DNA of 64,000 nt from a virus (IMGVR_UViG_3300033463_000110:1587-65586), one strand, 5' to 3'. Counted from the first letter of the stretch, positions 1 to 9,088 are shown. Program-made: numbers and translations. Notes: a model not told the origin generated them from the sequence alone.

Positions 1-2
1 TC

Positions 3-533
3 GTTCACAAGGGCGAGCTCGTCAAGAAGAACAAGTTTACTGGCGAGTACGTCTTTGACGAGGACAAGAAGGAGTCCGACGATGTTATCGGCTACATGGC
101 CTATATCAAACTCAACAACGGGTTTGAGAAGACGGTCTATTGGACCGTCGAAGAAGTTAAGGCCCACGCCCTACGATATTCGCAGACTTACAAGAAGGGC
201 TACGGTGTATGGAAGGACTCCTTTGACGCGATGGCGCTCAAGACCGTTCTCAAGAACCTTATCGTCAAGTATTGCCCGAAATCAGCAGAACTCCAGAAGG
301 CAATCGTGGACGACCAGACGGTGACGAACAAGGACAACGTTTCAACCTACGCCGACAACACCCCCGACGAGCAGCCGCAGGTCGAAGCCGCATCAGCGAA
401 GGAGAAGGCCGAGGCGGTGAAGGCACAGGTCGAAGCGACGAAGGCACGGCGCGGAAGCGCAAAGCCGGAAACCACGGTGGACAAGGAAACCGGGGAGGCC
501 CTTGATGACGATCTTCCGTTCGACAAGGAATAA
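3..533 (+). CDS. recT: RecT-family single-strand annealing protein (5' truncated by window)
   Basis: Frame is open from base 3. RecT-like C-terminal motifs (YWTVEEVKAHALRYSQTY, FDAMALKTV); adjacent to YqaJ exonuclease and SSB. Confidence 0.8.
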   Translation, partial: VHKGELVKKNKFTGEYVFDEDKKESDDVIGYMAYIKLNNGFEKTVYWTVEEVKAHALRYSQTYKKGYGVWKDSFDAMALKTVLKNLIVKYCPKSAELQKAIVDDQTVTNKDNVSTYADNTPDEQPQVEAASAKEKAEAVKAQVEATKARRGSAKPETTVDKETGEALDDDLPFDKE

Positions 534-538
534 CACCT

Positions 539-1471
539 ATGAAACCGATTATCATCAAGCCCAAGAGCCACGAAGATTGGCTCAAGGCAAGAGAAGCCGG
601 GGTGGGGGCATCGGAAGTGGCCGCCATCCTCGGCCTTTCCCCCTGGGAAACCCCCTTTTCCCTTTGGCTCAAGAAAACACACCAAGTTCCCCCGACCGAG
701 GAGACCGACGCCATGCGCCGGGGACACTACCTTGAAGATGCCGTGGTACAATGGTGGATGCACGAAACCGGGGAGCAAGTAATCAAGGCAAGCGCGGCTG
801 ATATTATCTACGTCCACCCCGATCACCCGTACATGAGAGTAACCCCGGACCGTATCGTGAAGGGACGCAAGAAAATCCTCGAAGTTAAGTCCACGGCAAT
901 CTCTATGGGCGAGACCATCCCGGATTACTACCTTGCACAAGTGACTTATCAAATGTACGTCACGGGCATCCATCAAGCGGAGCTAATCTACATTCAAGGC
1001 GGATTGACGTTCGGGCGGTTCATCGTCGAATATGACGAGGCGTTCGCGGAGTTTATTGCCGGGGAAGTCCAAAGGTTCTGGATTGAGAATGTTCTCGGCG
1101 GGAAGGAGCCCGACGCAATCAACGTCGCGGATTTGGCCGTAAAAGTCCCTAAATCGACGCCGGAGAAGTCAATCCAAGCCGACGATACCGCGCTTGCACA
1201 AATCGCCGAAATACGCGAAAAGAAGGCCCAATACGAGGCCCTGGGAAAAGAGATTGACTCCCTGCAAGATGCCCTGAAGTTATACATGACCGACTCCGAG
1301 GCAATCCTTGACGATACGGGCGCGACCCTTATTACCTGGAAATCCGGGAAGGACAAGACCACCTTCGACTCGAAGGCGTTTGCAAGCGATAACCCGGACA
1401 TGTACGCGAAGTATTGCCGCACCGTTCCGGGGGCGCGGACTTTCATTATCAAGAAACAAAAGGAGAAGTAA
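539..1471 (+). CDS. YqaJ-like viral recombinase exonuclease (lambda exo family)
   Basis: WLKAREAGVGASEVAAILGLSPW, TPDRI and LEVKS motifs; QVTYQM. Confidence 0.9.
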   Translation: MKPIIIKPKSHEDWLKAREAGVGASEVAAILGLSPWETPFSLWLKKTHQVPPTEETDAMRRGHYLEDAVVQWWMHETGEQVIKASAADIIYVHPDHPYMRVTPDRIVKGRKKILEVKSTAISMGETIPDYYLAQVTYQMYVTGIHQAELIYIQGGLTFGRFIVEYDEAFAEFIAGEVQRFWIENVLGGKEPDAINVADLAVKVPKSTPEKSIQADDTALAQIAEIREKKAQYEALGKEIDSLQDALKLYMTDSEAILDDTGATLITWKSGKDKTTFDSKAFASDNPDMYAKYCRTVPGARTFIIKKQKEK

Positions 1472-1472
1472 A

Positions 1473-1865
1473 ATGGCAGCATTGAACAGAGTAATGCTTA
1501 TCGGGCTGGTCGGCGGCGAGCCGGAGGCCCGCGAAGTGAACGGTGCAAAAGTGGTGACGTTCAGCGTCGCCACGACGGAGTATTTCAAGGACCGCAACGG
1601 GGAGGGAAAGGAACAGACGGAGTGGCACAAGGTCGTCGCGTGGAGACATACGGCGGACTATGCCGAAAGGGTGATCCACAAGGGATCGCAAATCTACGTC
1701 GAAGGGAAACTTCACACCCGGAAATGGACCGACCGGAACGGGGCGGAGAAGTACTCGACGGAGATAAGCGCGGACGACATCAAGGTCCTGGGGCGGAAGG
1801 CCGCCGACACGAACTCCGGCACAAGCACTAACAATATTGGCGCCTACGATGAGTCGCCGTTTTAA
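1473..1865 (+). CDS. ssb: single-stranded DNA-binding protein
   Basis: LNRVMLIGLVG, TEWHKVVAW, KGSQIYVEGKLHTRKW, acidic C-terminus ending PF. Start moved to ATG 1473 just after the upstream stop. Confidence 0.95.
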   Translation: MAALNRVMLIGLVGGEPEAREVNGAKVVTFSVATTEYFKDRNGEGKEQTEWHKVVAWRHTADYAERVIHKGSQIYVEGKLHTRKWTDRNGAEKYSTEISADDIKVLGRKAADTNSGTSTNNIGAYDESPF

Positions 1866-1873
1866 TACTACAC

Positions 1874-2881
1874 ATGCAATACGGCCTCCCATACAAGGGT
1901 TCAAAGACCAAGATTGCCGACGCAATCATTGAGCATCTCCCCCCGGCGAAAGTCCTTTACGACCTCTTTGCCGGGGGGTGTGCTATCACACACGCGGCCA
2001 TCCTTTCCGGTAAATGGAAGAAGATTGTAGCAAACGACATAAAGCCATACCCTGCCCTTTTTCGTGATGCCGCTCTTGGCAAGTACCAGAACGAGTACAA
2101 ATGGGTGAGCCGCGAGGAGTTCTTCGCAAGTGATGACCCTTTCGACAAGCTCATCTTCTCGTTCGGGAACGATTGCCGGACATACATCTACGGCGCGGAC
2201 ATCGAGCCGTGGAAGAAAGCCCTTCACTATGCCGTTTGCTTTCACGACTACGAGCCCATGCTGAAACTGTCCGGCAAGGACCTGTCCCCGATTGACTCAT
2301 GCAAGACGATGTATCAGCGACGTATCCGGGCCTACCAACTCCTCGGCGGAAAGCATGGCTGGTGGGAGGGCAAGGGGGTACACCTGGAAAACCTTGAACG
2401 GCTTGAACGTCTGCAAAATCTTATAAGCCTTGAACGCTTGCAGAACCTTGAACGGCTTGAACGCTTGCAGAACCTTGAACGGCTTGAACGCTTGCAGAAC
2501 CTTGAACGGCTTGAACGCTTGCAGAACCTTGAACGTCTTGAACGTCTGCAAAATCTCGACAGGCTGGAGGTGCGTCAAGGCAACTACTTCGACATTGAGA
2601 TTGACCCGGACTCGGTTATCTATCTCGATCCGCCCTACGCGAACACGAACGGCTACGGGACGAAACATAAATCCGACTTCGACTCGGAAAGGCTCTACGA
2701 TTGGATTGAGGCGCAATCCGTACCGGTCTATATCTCGGAATACGACATGCCGCGCGATCGGTTCGAGTGTATCTACGAGACGAAAGTGAACTCGCTTATC
2801 AACGCCGACCGTCCTACCGTGGCGACGGAAAGGCTCTTTGTCCCGAAAGGGCGACATTACCATAAAACGACTTTATTCTAA
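1874..2881 (+). CDS. orphan DNA adenine methyltransferase (Dam/D12-like) with internal tandem repeat
   Basis: LPYKGSK, DLFAGGCA (motif I), YLDPPY (motif IV). Confidence 0.88.
   Translation: MQYGLPYKGSKTKIADAIIEHLPPAKVLYDLFAGGCAITHAAILSGKWKKIVANDIKPYPALFRDAALGKYQNEYKWVSREEFFASDDPFDKLIFSFGNDCRTYIYGADIEPWKKALHYAVCFHDYEPMLKLSGKDLSPIDSCKTMYQRRIRAYQLLGGKHGWWEGKGVHLENLERLERLQNLISLERLQNLERLERLQNLERLERLQNLERLERLQNLERLERLQNLDRLEVRQGNYFDIEIDPDSVIYLDPPYANTNGYGTKHKSDFDSERLYDWIEAQSVPVYISEYDMPRDRFECIYETKVNSLINADRPTVATERLFVPKGRHYHKTTLF
2393..2554 (+). repeat. in-frame 27-nt tandem repeat encoding LERLERLQN
   Basis: CTTGAACGGCTTGAACGCTTGCAGAAC is exact at 2447, 2474 and 2501, with degenerate copies at 2393, 2429 (partial) and 2528. 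Confidence 0.95.
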
Positions 2882-2895
2882 ACGACTTTATTCTA

Positions 2896-3645
2896 ATGGA
2901 AACGACAAGCGCTGTCTATCGTGGCGATTGCATTGAGTGGTTGGAGGCGTATGACGGCGCACCAATCAAGCTCATTGTTACCGATCCGCCGTACACTCTT
3001 CCTTCTTGGTCCGGCGGCGGTTTTATGGACGAGTCAAAACGGGATTGGATAAGGGAGATGGACGTGGATAACTTGAGCCGTGGGTATTCCATCGAACGGT
3101 TCGCCGAACTCGCGGAGAAGGTGCAAGGTGGGAAAATCAACGTGTATTTCTTCTGCAACAAACTACAAATCCCCGACTATTTCCGGGCCTATGTAGAGCA
3201 ACGGAAATGCAAGTTTGACATTCTCATGTGGCACAAGACAAACGCCATGCCCACCTTCCACGGGAAGTACCTGACCGATACGGAGTACATCCTCTATTTC
3301 CGAAATGGGGGGGGGTGCAATCCAAAGACCTATGACGATGCAAAGACCTTCTGGCTTGCGGACATCAACCTCGCGGACAAAAAGAAATGGAAACACCCGA
3401 CGATCAAACCGCTTTCTATCGTGCGGACGCTTATACGCAATTCAAGCGAGCCTGGCGACATTGTTGCCGATCCATTCCTCGGAAGTGGCACGACGCGGGT
3501 TGCCGCCTTTTTTGAGGGGCGGAACTTCCTGGGTTGCGAACTCGATGAACGGTGGTTTTCGGTTCAAGAAGAAAGGTTCAAAAAAGAGTGTCACGGGGTG
3601 GAAGTGGTGAACGAGCATACCATTACCCAACAGACTCTCTTTTAG
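2896..3645 (+). CDS. orphan beta-class N6-adenine/N4-cytosine DNA methyltransferase
   Basis: TDPPY near the N-terminus, HPTIKP, and DPFLGSGTT (motif I) near the C-terminus. Confidence 0.9.
   Translation: METTSAVYRGDCIEWLEAYDGAPIKLIVTDPPYTLPSWSGGGFMDESKRDWIREMDVDNLSRGYSIERFAELAEKVQGGKINVYFFCNKLQIPDYFRAYVEQRKCKFDILMWHKTNAMPTFHGKYLTDTEYILYFRNGGGCNPKTYDDAKTFWLADINLADKKKWKHPTIKPLSIVRTLIRNSSEPGDIVADPFLGSGTTRVAAFFEGRNFLGCELDERWFSVQEERFKKECHGVEVVNEHTITQQTLF
3307..3315 (+). repeat. G9 homopolymer inside the beta-class MTase (currently in frame)
   Basis: AAT GGG GGG GGG TGC encodes NGGGC. Confidence 0.9.
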
Positions 3646-3661
3646 GTCAATACAAGTCAAT
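3646..3661. promoter_or_regulatory. recurrent GTCAATACAAGTCAAT motif (candidate operator)
   Basis: Identical 16-mer at 45810-45825 and, reversed, at 29617-29632. Variants at 39980, 40000, 45399 and 56468. Confidence 0.6.
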
Positions 3662-3691
3662 AAAAGTTGAAATGTATTGATTGTTCAGGGG

Positions 3692-3831
3692 TATCTTTGT
3701 GACGGTTCCTTTCGTGGCTGTTGGGAACGGACAATAAAATAAGACATATAGGCATCACGCCACAAGCATAGTTTTGCGCCCTTTCCTAACAGCCACCCTC
3801 GCAAGAGGAGGAAGGGGCGTAAAACTTTTTT
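3692..3831 (+). promoter_or_regulatory. Bacteroidetes -7 box (TATCTTTG) followed by an attenuator-like leader
   Basis: 18-bp stem 3770-3787/3809-3826 followed by a T run. 3714-3727 can alternatively pair with 3783-3796. Confidence 0.65.
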
Positions 3832-3844
3832 AACACTTGTGGCT

Positions 3845-4627
3845 ATGTGTAAAAAGACAACAATGGGGTACATCAAGTTATTCCGCAAAATCCAAGAGTG
3901 GGGATGGTATGATGACCCGAACACCCTCGCTCTTTGGGTTCACCTCCTCCTTGACGCCAACTGGAAAGAACGGAACGAATGGCACGGGGTGAACATCGAA
4001 AGAGGGTCTATGATAACCTCCGTGGCGAAGATCTCGACCAGCACCGGACTCACGGAAAGGCAAGTAAGAACCTGCCTCGGACACCTCGTTAAAACGGGGG
4101 AAATTAAGTTGGAAGCGACAAACAAATGGACAAAGATAACCATTTGTAAATACGATAGTTACCAGGGGTCTGACGAAGATGAGTGTCAAACAAATGACAA
4201 GCAAGCGACAAACAAACGACAAGCAACCGACAAGCAAACGACAACAATAGAAGAAGTAAAGAAGGAAAGAAGGGAAGACGTTAAGAAAGAAAAGAAAACC
4301 TCTAACGAGGTCAAAGAAAACTTGACGTTTCCGTTTACGTCCGAAAAGTTCATGGAAACATGGAACGCCCTCGTCAAGACCGAGAAGTGGAGAAAGAAAA
4401 CAACCCATGCGTTGCAACTCTCGCTTAATAAACTCGCCGCCTATGACGAGGACTTCGCTATCCTCCTGATGAACGACTCCATCGAAAACAACTGGCAAGG
4501 ACTTGTTTACGACAACACCGCAGAGAAGTACGACAAGTGGAAGGCCGCACGGCAAGTGACAACAAAGCCGGAAGCGAAAAAATCCAGACCGCTCTACACG
4601 TTCTCGTCCGGCGGTTTTGACTTTTGA
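3845..4627 (+). CDS. phage replication initiator / replisome organizer-like protein
   Basis: N-terminal GYIKLFRKIQEW...LWVHLLLDAN wHTH-like region, Q/K/T-rich linker, ENNWQGL C-terminal motif; upstream of primase-helicase. Confidence 0.7.
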   Translation: MCKKTTMGYIKLFRKIQEWGWYDDPNTLALWVHLLLDANWKERNEWHGVNIERGSMITSVAKISTSTGLTERQVRTCLGHLVKTGEIKLEATNKWTKITICKYDSYQGSDEDECQTNDKQATNKRQATDKQTTTIEEVKKERREDVKKEKKTSNEVKENLTFPFTSEKFMETWNALVKTEKWRKKTTHALQLSLNKLAAYDEDFAILLMNDSIENNWQGLVYDNTAEKYDKWKAARQVTTKPEAKKSRPLYTFSSGGFDF

Positions 4628-4643
4628 CAGAAACACATAAGAC

Positions 4644-5183
4644 ATGGAAGAAATTTGGAAAGAAATACCAGGGTATGAGGGCTTGTATGAGGTCTCAAGT
4701 TACGGAAGGGTTAAAAGCCTTCCAAGACTAAAAAAGACGAAAAGTTCATGCATGACAAAAACTCGCATATTGGCGCCACGCGCGGTTGGAGAAGGACGGG
4801 AATACCTTGCTGTTATTCTGTTTAACTCGAAACACGAAAGAAAACAATGGCGCATACATCGGCTTGTTGCCATAGCATTTATCCAGAACCCAAACGGATA
4901 TAGTGAGATAAATCATAAGGACGAAAATAAAGGGAACAATCGCGTTGAGAATTTAGAGTGGTGCTCTCGATCATATAACGTCACATACGGGACTGGAACC
5001 GAAAAGCGGAGACGCAACAATCGAACAAAGCCCATCGCCATGTTCGACGATGACGGGAACGAGATCGTGAGGTTTTTTTCTATCGCGGAAGGAGCCAGGC
5101 ATGTTGGGGTTAATCCGTCTTGTTTATCTCATGCGGAAGGAACAAACCGTCATATAAAAAAATACTTATGGAGGTTCTTATGA
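4644..5183 (+). CDS. NUMOD4/HNH homing endonuclease
   Basis: EIWKEIPGYEGLYEVSSYGRVKS, IHRLVA, INHKDENKGNNRVENLEW. Confidence 0.92.
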   Translation: MEEIWKEIPGYEGLYEVSSYGRVKSLPRLKKTKSSCMTKTRILAPRAVGEGREYLAVILFNSKHERKQWRIHRLVAIAFIQNPNGYSEINHKDENKGNNRVENLEWCSRSYNVTYGTGTEKRRRNNRTKPIAMFDDDGNEIVRFFSIAEGARHVGVNPSCLSHAEGTNRHIKKYLWRFL

Positions 5184-7219
5184 TTGACGAGGCAACAATA
5201 AGATGTTGGTGGGACACCTTCAAGGGAGATGGTTCATTAACCGAAATCCGCATTCTCGGAAAAGGGAAAACTACATACTCCGGCTATTTTTCCGACGTTG
5301 AGAGTATGGTTTCCGAAATAAAAAGATGCGAAACGTTTGGTGGCATCTATGCCACATTGAACGAAATAGACCCGGCTTGCAGCGGGCGGGAACAATCATC
5401 AAAAATCGTCAAGTCCCCGAAATCAACCACAAGCGACCCAGATATTGTTTCAAGGCGGTATGTCCTCATAGACTTTGATCCCAAGCGACCTTCGGACACC
5501 AACGCAACCGACGAGCAAGTTAAACTGGCCAATCAAAGAATGAAGGCCGTATATAGGTATCTCCGTGACCAGGGGTTCAGCGCACCCGTTGTCGCAGCAT
5601 CTGGAAACGGCTATCACCTGTATTACAAGATAAACCTTCCGAATAACACGGAAACGAGGTCAATCATTGAAAGGTTCTTGAAGGCACTGGATATGATGTT
5701 CGGAGACAATCTTGTAGATGTCGATACATCGGTGTTTAACGCGGCCCGTATTGTCAAAGTTATCGGAACAAAGTCGAACAAGGGAACAGATACTCCAGAA
5801 CGGCCACAACGGATGTCGAAGTTCGTACACATCCCGGAGCAAATCAACGAAACAACGATTGAATACTTTGAAAAAGTTGCTTCGGAGTTGCCAGGTCCTC
5901 CGGCCCCGACAAGGGAAAACGGGTATAGAACAGACAAGTTCGATGTCGATGATTTTTTGACCAGAAACAATATTGAGGTTAGTCGCAGATCGTATTTCAA
6001 CGGGGGCGAAAAAATAATACTTAAAGAGTGTCCGTTCAATGATAATCATCAAGACGCCGCGATTTTCGTGTTGAGTAACGGTGGAATATCGTTCAAGTGT
6101 TGGCATAACAGCTGTCAGCAATATCATTGGCGCGACGTCCTTTTGCATTACGAACCAGACTCATTCACAAGAAAAGACAAGGAGGAATACAGCCGAAGGA
6201 GGTCATACTATGGCGAACGCCAACCGAAGCAGATTGAGGTCGTGGACGAGGACAGCCGTGGAAAGAAATGGCTCTCGATGTCCGACGTGAAGTGGATCGA
6301 CCCGTCGAGCTATGTTTCCATCCCGTCCGGGATTATCCTCCTCGACCAAAAGATAATGGGTTTTACACTCGGCGACGTTACTATCCTTTCCGGGCTTTCC
6401 GGTTCGGGAAAGACAACCCTTCTCGACCACTTCATCCTCAACGCCGCACAACGCGGGTACAAGGTGGCCGCATGGTCCGGGGAACTCCAGGACTTCCGGT
6501 TCCAGGCTTGGCTCGACCAAATGGCCGCCGGGAAGTCACACGTCGTGCAGAAGTTCGGTTTCAACAACCTTTTCTACGTCCCCAAAGCCACCGCCGCAGT
6601 TATTAACGGCTGGCTCGACGGAAAGTTCTGGCTCTACAACAACGACTACGGGGCCGGGTTCGGGCAACTCTTTTCCGACATTAAGGAATGCATCGAGCAG
6701 AACGGTGTGCAACTGATCCTTCTTGACAACCTTATGGCTATGGACCTTGACGAACTGGACGGCGGGGAGAACGAACGCCAGACCAAACTCATTAAGGACT
6801 TGAAGGGGCTTGCTAAACAAGCAAACGTCCACATTATCCTCGTCTGCCACCCGCGCAAAGAACAGTCGTTCCAACTTCTCCGAAAGGAGTCCATCGCCGG
6901 AACCGCCAACCTTACAAACCTATGCGACAACCTTCTCATTTCTCACCGTGTAGGAAACGATTTTGAGAAACGGGCAACCGACTTCTTTGGCGCCGACTTC
7001 ATAAACGACTTGAAGGACGAGGATGGGAAATTCAAATACCAGCTTGTCCTGGAGGTTGCAAAGAACCGTTCCCTCGGTGTGGTGGACCAAATCATCGGAC
7101 TCTACTACGAGAACGAAACCCGCCGCATCAAGAACGAAATCGCCGAGAACGTCGTCTATGGGTGGATGGAAGAACCCGCACAAACGACACTTGATCCATA
7201 CGAAGATTTACCCTATTAA
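5180..7219 (+). CDS. primase-helicase fusion (N-terminal primase-like domain, C-terminal DnaB/RecA-type helicase)
   Basis: LIDFD and SGNGYHLY primase-like motifs, CPF...CWH Zn-like segment, Walker A GLSGSGKT, Walker B ILLDNL. ATG overlaps the HNH stop. Confidence 0.8.
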   Translation: MIDEATIRCWWDTFKGDGSLTEIRILGKGKTTYSGYFSDVESMVSEIKRCETFGGIYATLNEIDPACSGREQSSKIVKSPKSTTSDPDIVSRRYVLIDFDPKRPSDTNATDEQVKLANQRMKAVYRYLRDQGFSAPVVAASGNGYHLYYKINLPNNTETRSIIERFLKALDMMFGDNLVDVDTSVFNAARIVKVIGTKSNKGTDTPERPQRMSKFVHIPEQINETTIEYFEKVASELPGPPAPTRENGYRTDKFDVDDFLTRNNIEVSRRSYFNGGEKIILKECPFNDNHQDAAIFVLSNGGISFKCWHNSCQQYHWRDVLLHYEPDSFTRKDKEEYSRRRSYYGERQPKQIEVVDEDSRGKKWLSMSDVKWIDPSSYVSIPSGIILLDQKIMGFTLGDVTILSGLSGSGKTTLLDHFILNAAQRGYKVAAWSGELQDFRFQAWLDQMAAGKSHVVQKFGFNNLFYVPKATAAVINGWLDGKFWLYNNDYGAGFGQLFSDIKECIEQNGVQLILLDNLMAMDLDELDGGENERQTKLIKDLKGLAKQANVHIILVCHPRKEQSFQLLRKESIAGTANLTNLCDNLLISHRVGNDFEKRATDFFGADFINDLKDEDGKFKYQLVLEVAKNRSLGVVDQIIGLYYENETRRIKNEIAENVVYGWMEEPAQTTLDPYEDLPY

Positions 7220-7222
7220 GCC

Positions 7223-7360
7223 ATGCGAAAACTAATCCAAATCCTTACGGCCATAGACGCCCATTTAAGCGCTATCGCGGGGAGTATGGTGTACCTGTGC
7301 CATCTTGCCGAGAAAGTGGCCCAAAACGAAAATAAACGGCCATTGGAGGACAATCTATGA
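7223..7360 (+). CDS. hypothetical protein (45 aa)
   Basis: Read manually; tightly packed with an ATGA overlap to the next gene. Confidence 0.5.
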   Translation: MRKLIQILTAIDAHLSAIAGSMVYLCHLAEKVAQNENKRPLEDNL

Positions 7361-7545
7361 AACGGGAGCCGAGCGCCTTCTCCTATGTGAAGAACCTTGT
7401 CCCCGGCGAGGCCGTGACGATCCCCGGCGAAAAGCTCTACGCCGTCAAATGCGCCATCGCCTACATAGCCGAGGAATACGGGTGGGACCTGTCCATATCG
7501 ACCAACCAGGACGGGGAAACAATCATAGTGACGAGGAATGAGTGA
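7357..7545 (+). CDS. hypothetical protein
   Basis: ORF track; coupled overlap with neighbours. Confidence 0.6.
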   Translation: MKREPSAFSYVKNLVPGEAVTIPGEKLYAVKCAIAYIAEEYGWDLSISTNQDGETIIVTRNE

Positions 7546-7714
7546 AATGAGATACACCGTCACGATCTACTACCCCGGCAAGGGCCGTTACTCCGGCGGG
7601 GACAAGGTGTCCAGCCTTACCTTCCGCGACGAGAGGAAAGCCAGGGACTACTACACGGATATGCTTCTTCGCTACCCGAATTACAATGTTGAATTTTTAG
7701 AAAGCGAGATATGA
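7538..7714 (+). CDS. hypothetical protein (58 aa)
   Basis: Read manually (MSEMRYTVTIYYPG...); ATGA overlap with the next gene. Confidence 0.55.
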   Translation: MSEMRYTVTIYYPGKGRYSGGDKVSSLTFRDERKARDYYTDMLLRYPNYNVEFLESEI

Positions 7715-7845
7715 AATGGAAAGATAAGAACTTCGGCAAGAGTCCTTTCGACCCAGACTATGATGATAGTTTCGACAAGGACTTCGACTACGAGAAATAC
7801 TGCGAGGTGATGGAAGAACGAGAACAAGAAAAACGGGAGAAGTGA
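7711..7845 (+). CDS. small acidic hypothetical protein (44 aa)
   Basis: MKWKDKNFGKSPFDPDYDD...; stop overlaps the next ATG. Confidence 0.55.
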   Translation: MKWKDKNFGKSPFDPDYDDSFDKDFDYEKYCEVMEEREQEKREK

Positions 7846-8468
7846 TGGACTACGAAAAGAAATACAACGAGGCTCTGGAAGATATGAGGGTAATCTATCC
7901 CAACTTGAAGGGCGATGCAAAATTAGCGGTGGAACACGCTTTCCCCGAACTTGCAGAGAGCGAGGACGAGAGGATAAGGAAGGGTATTGTGGAAACAATT
8001 AAGCAATGCCCAGACACATTCCTTAATCCAAAGAATCGGGATGAGATGCTTGCCTACCTCGAAAAGCAGAAAGAGCAGAAGCCCGCTTGGAGCGAGGAAG
8101 ATAAACAATGGCTCAGTGAGGTTTACTTTGCGATAGACCATTCCATGTATTCCGAGGACGAAAGGCAAGCAATGAAGAAGTACATTGATTCTCTCCGTTC
8201 TCAATCCAAACCAACAGAGTGGAGCGAGGAGGACGAGAACAAGATTGAATCCATAAAGGGACTTATTACAACTGGTAGGTTTGCTGACACAAACACGATA
8301 AGGACTATATGGGAGTTACTTGATTCCCTCCGTCCCCAGCCTCAATGGAAGCCCAGCGAGGAGCAGATATATTCACTCGGAACCGTAGTGAAAGGTGCTG
8401 GCGATGTAAGCGTGGGGAGTGTTGGATATAATCTTAAATCACTTTACGAACAACTGAAAAGCCTATGA
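7845..8468 (+). CDS. hypothetical protein with WSEED-type helical repeats
   Basis: Repeats AWSEEDKQ, EWSEEDEN, QWKPSEEQ. Confidence 0.75.
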   Translation: MDYEKKYNEALEDMRVIYPNLKGDAKLAVEHAFPELAESEDERIRKGIVETIKQCPDTFLNPKNRDEMLAYLEKQKEQKPAWSEEDKQWLSEVYFAIDHSMYSEDERQAMKKYIDSLRSQSKPTEWSEEDENKIESIKGLITTGRFADTNTIRTIWELLDSLRPQPQWKPSEEQIYSLGTVVKGAGDVSVGSVGYNLKSLYEQLKSL

Positions 8469-8638
8469 CGGAGCAACTAATCGCTTGGGCGATAGCGCAG
8501 TTTGGAATACTGATGTTCCTTATTGGTTATTTCCTCGGCAGACATGAAGAAAGTAAATCAGGGTGCGGTGGAAACAAGACAATCAAAAATAGTTCTTGTG
8601 ATGTCCATTCTCCGCGACAGTCGCACCCTTTTAACTGA
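8465..8638 (+). CDS. small membrane protein
   Basis: Read manually (MTEQLIAWAIAQFGILMFLIGYFLG...); ATGA overlap. Confidence 0.55.
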   Translation: MTEQLIAWAIAQFGILMFLIGYFLGRHEESKSGCGGNKTIKNSSCDVHSPRQSHPFN

Positions 8639-8645
8639 AAAGCCT

Positions 8646-9077
8646 ATGAACACGATTGAAGCAATACGCAAGGAGATTGAACGACGAATACATAGCATAA
8701 AAAATTGCCCATTCATTACTGCGGAACTTGGAGCAAAGGAAAGGGAGATTGGAGAGGTTATGGCGTACAAGGACATCCTTTCCTTCCTCTCCACCCTTGA
8801 ATCGGAAAAGCCTGTACCGAATGACCTTGAAGAAGCGGCTATGAATTACATCGCACCAATTGAAAATGAGGATGGACTGAAGGTTATCAACTTCTCTGGG
8901 CAAGACATCGCAGATGCCTTCATCGCCGGAGCGAAATGGCAGAAGGAGCAGATGATGAAAGATGCGGTGGAAGTTCCGTTATACCTTGATGGAGATTTCT
9001 TGACCGTAGATTACAACTTCAAGGAACTTGGGTATAAGGATGGTGATGAGGTGAAACTGATTATTATCCGGCCCTAA
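8646..9077 (+). CDS. hypothetical protein
   Basis: ATG 8646 within ORF 8523-9077; DLEEAA...FIAGAKWQ motif. Confidence 0.7.
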   Translation: MNTIEAIRKEIERRIHSIKNCPFITAELGAKEREIGEVMAYKDILSFLSTLESEKPVPNDLEEAAMNYIAPIENEDGLKVINFSGQDIADAFIAGAKWQKEQMMKDAVEVPLYLDGDFLTVDYNFKELGYKDGDEVKLIIIRP

Positions 9078-9088
9078 ATGATTGAGAT

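Noticed and set aside
2393-2554. CRISPR-like repeats
   Set aside because: Contiguous in-frame coding repeat with no spacers.
4644-5183. HNH inside a group I intron
   Set aside because: Flanking genes are complete with their own start and stop, and no intron core was evident; it appears free-standing.
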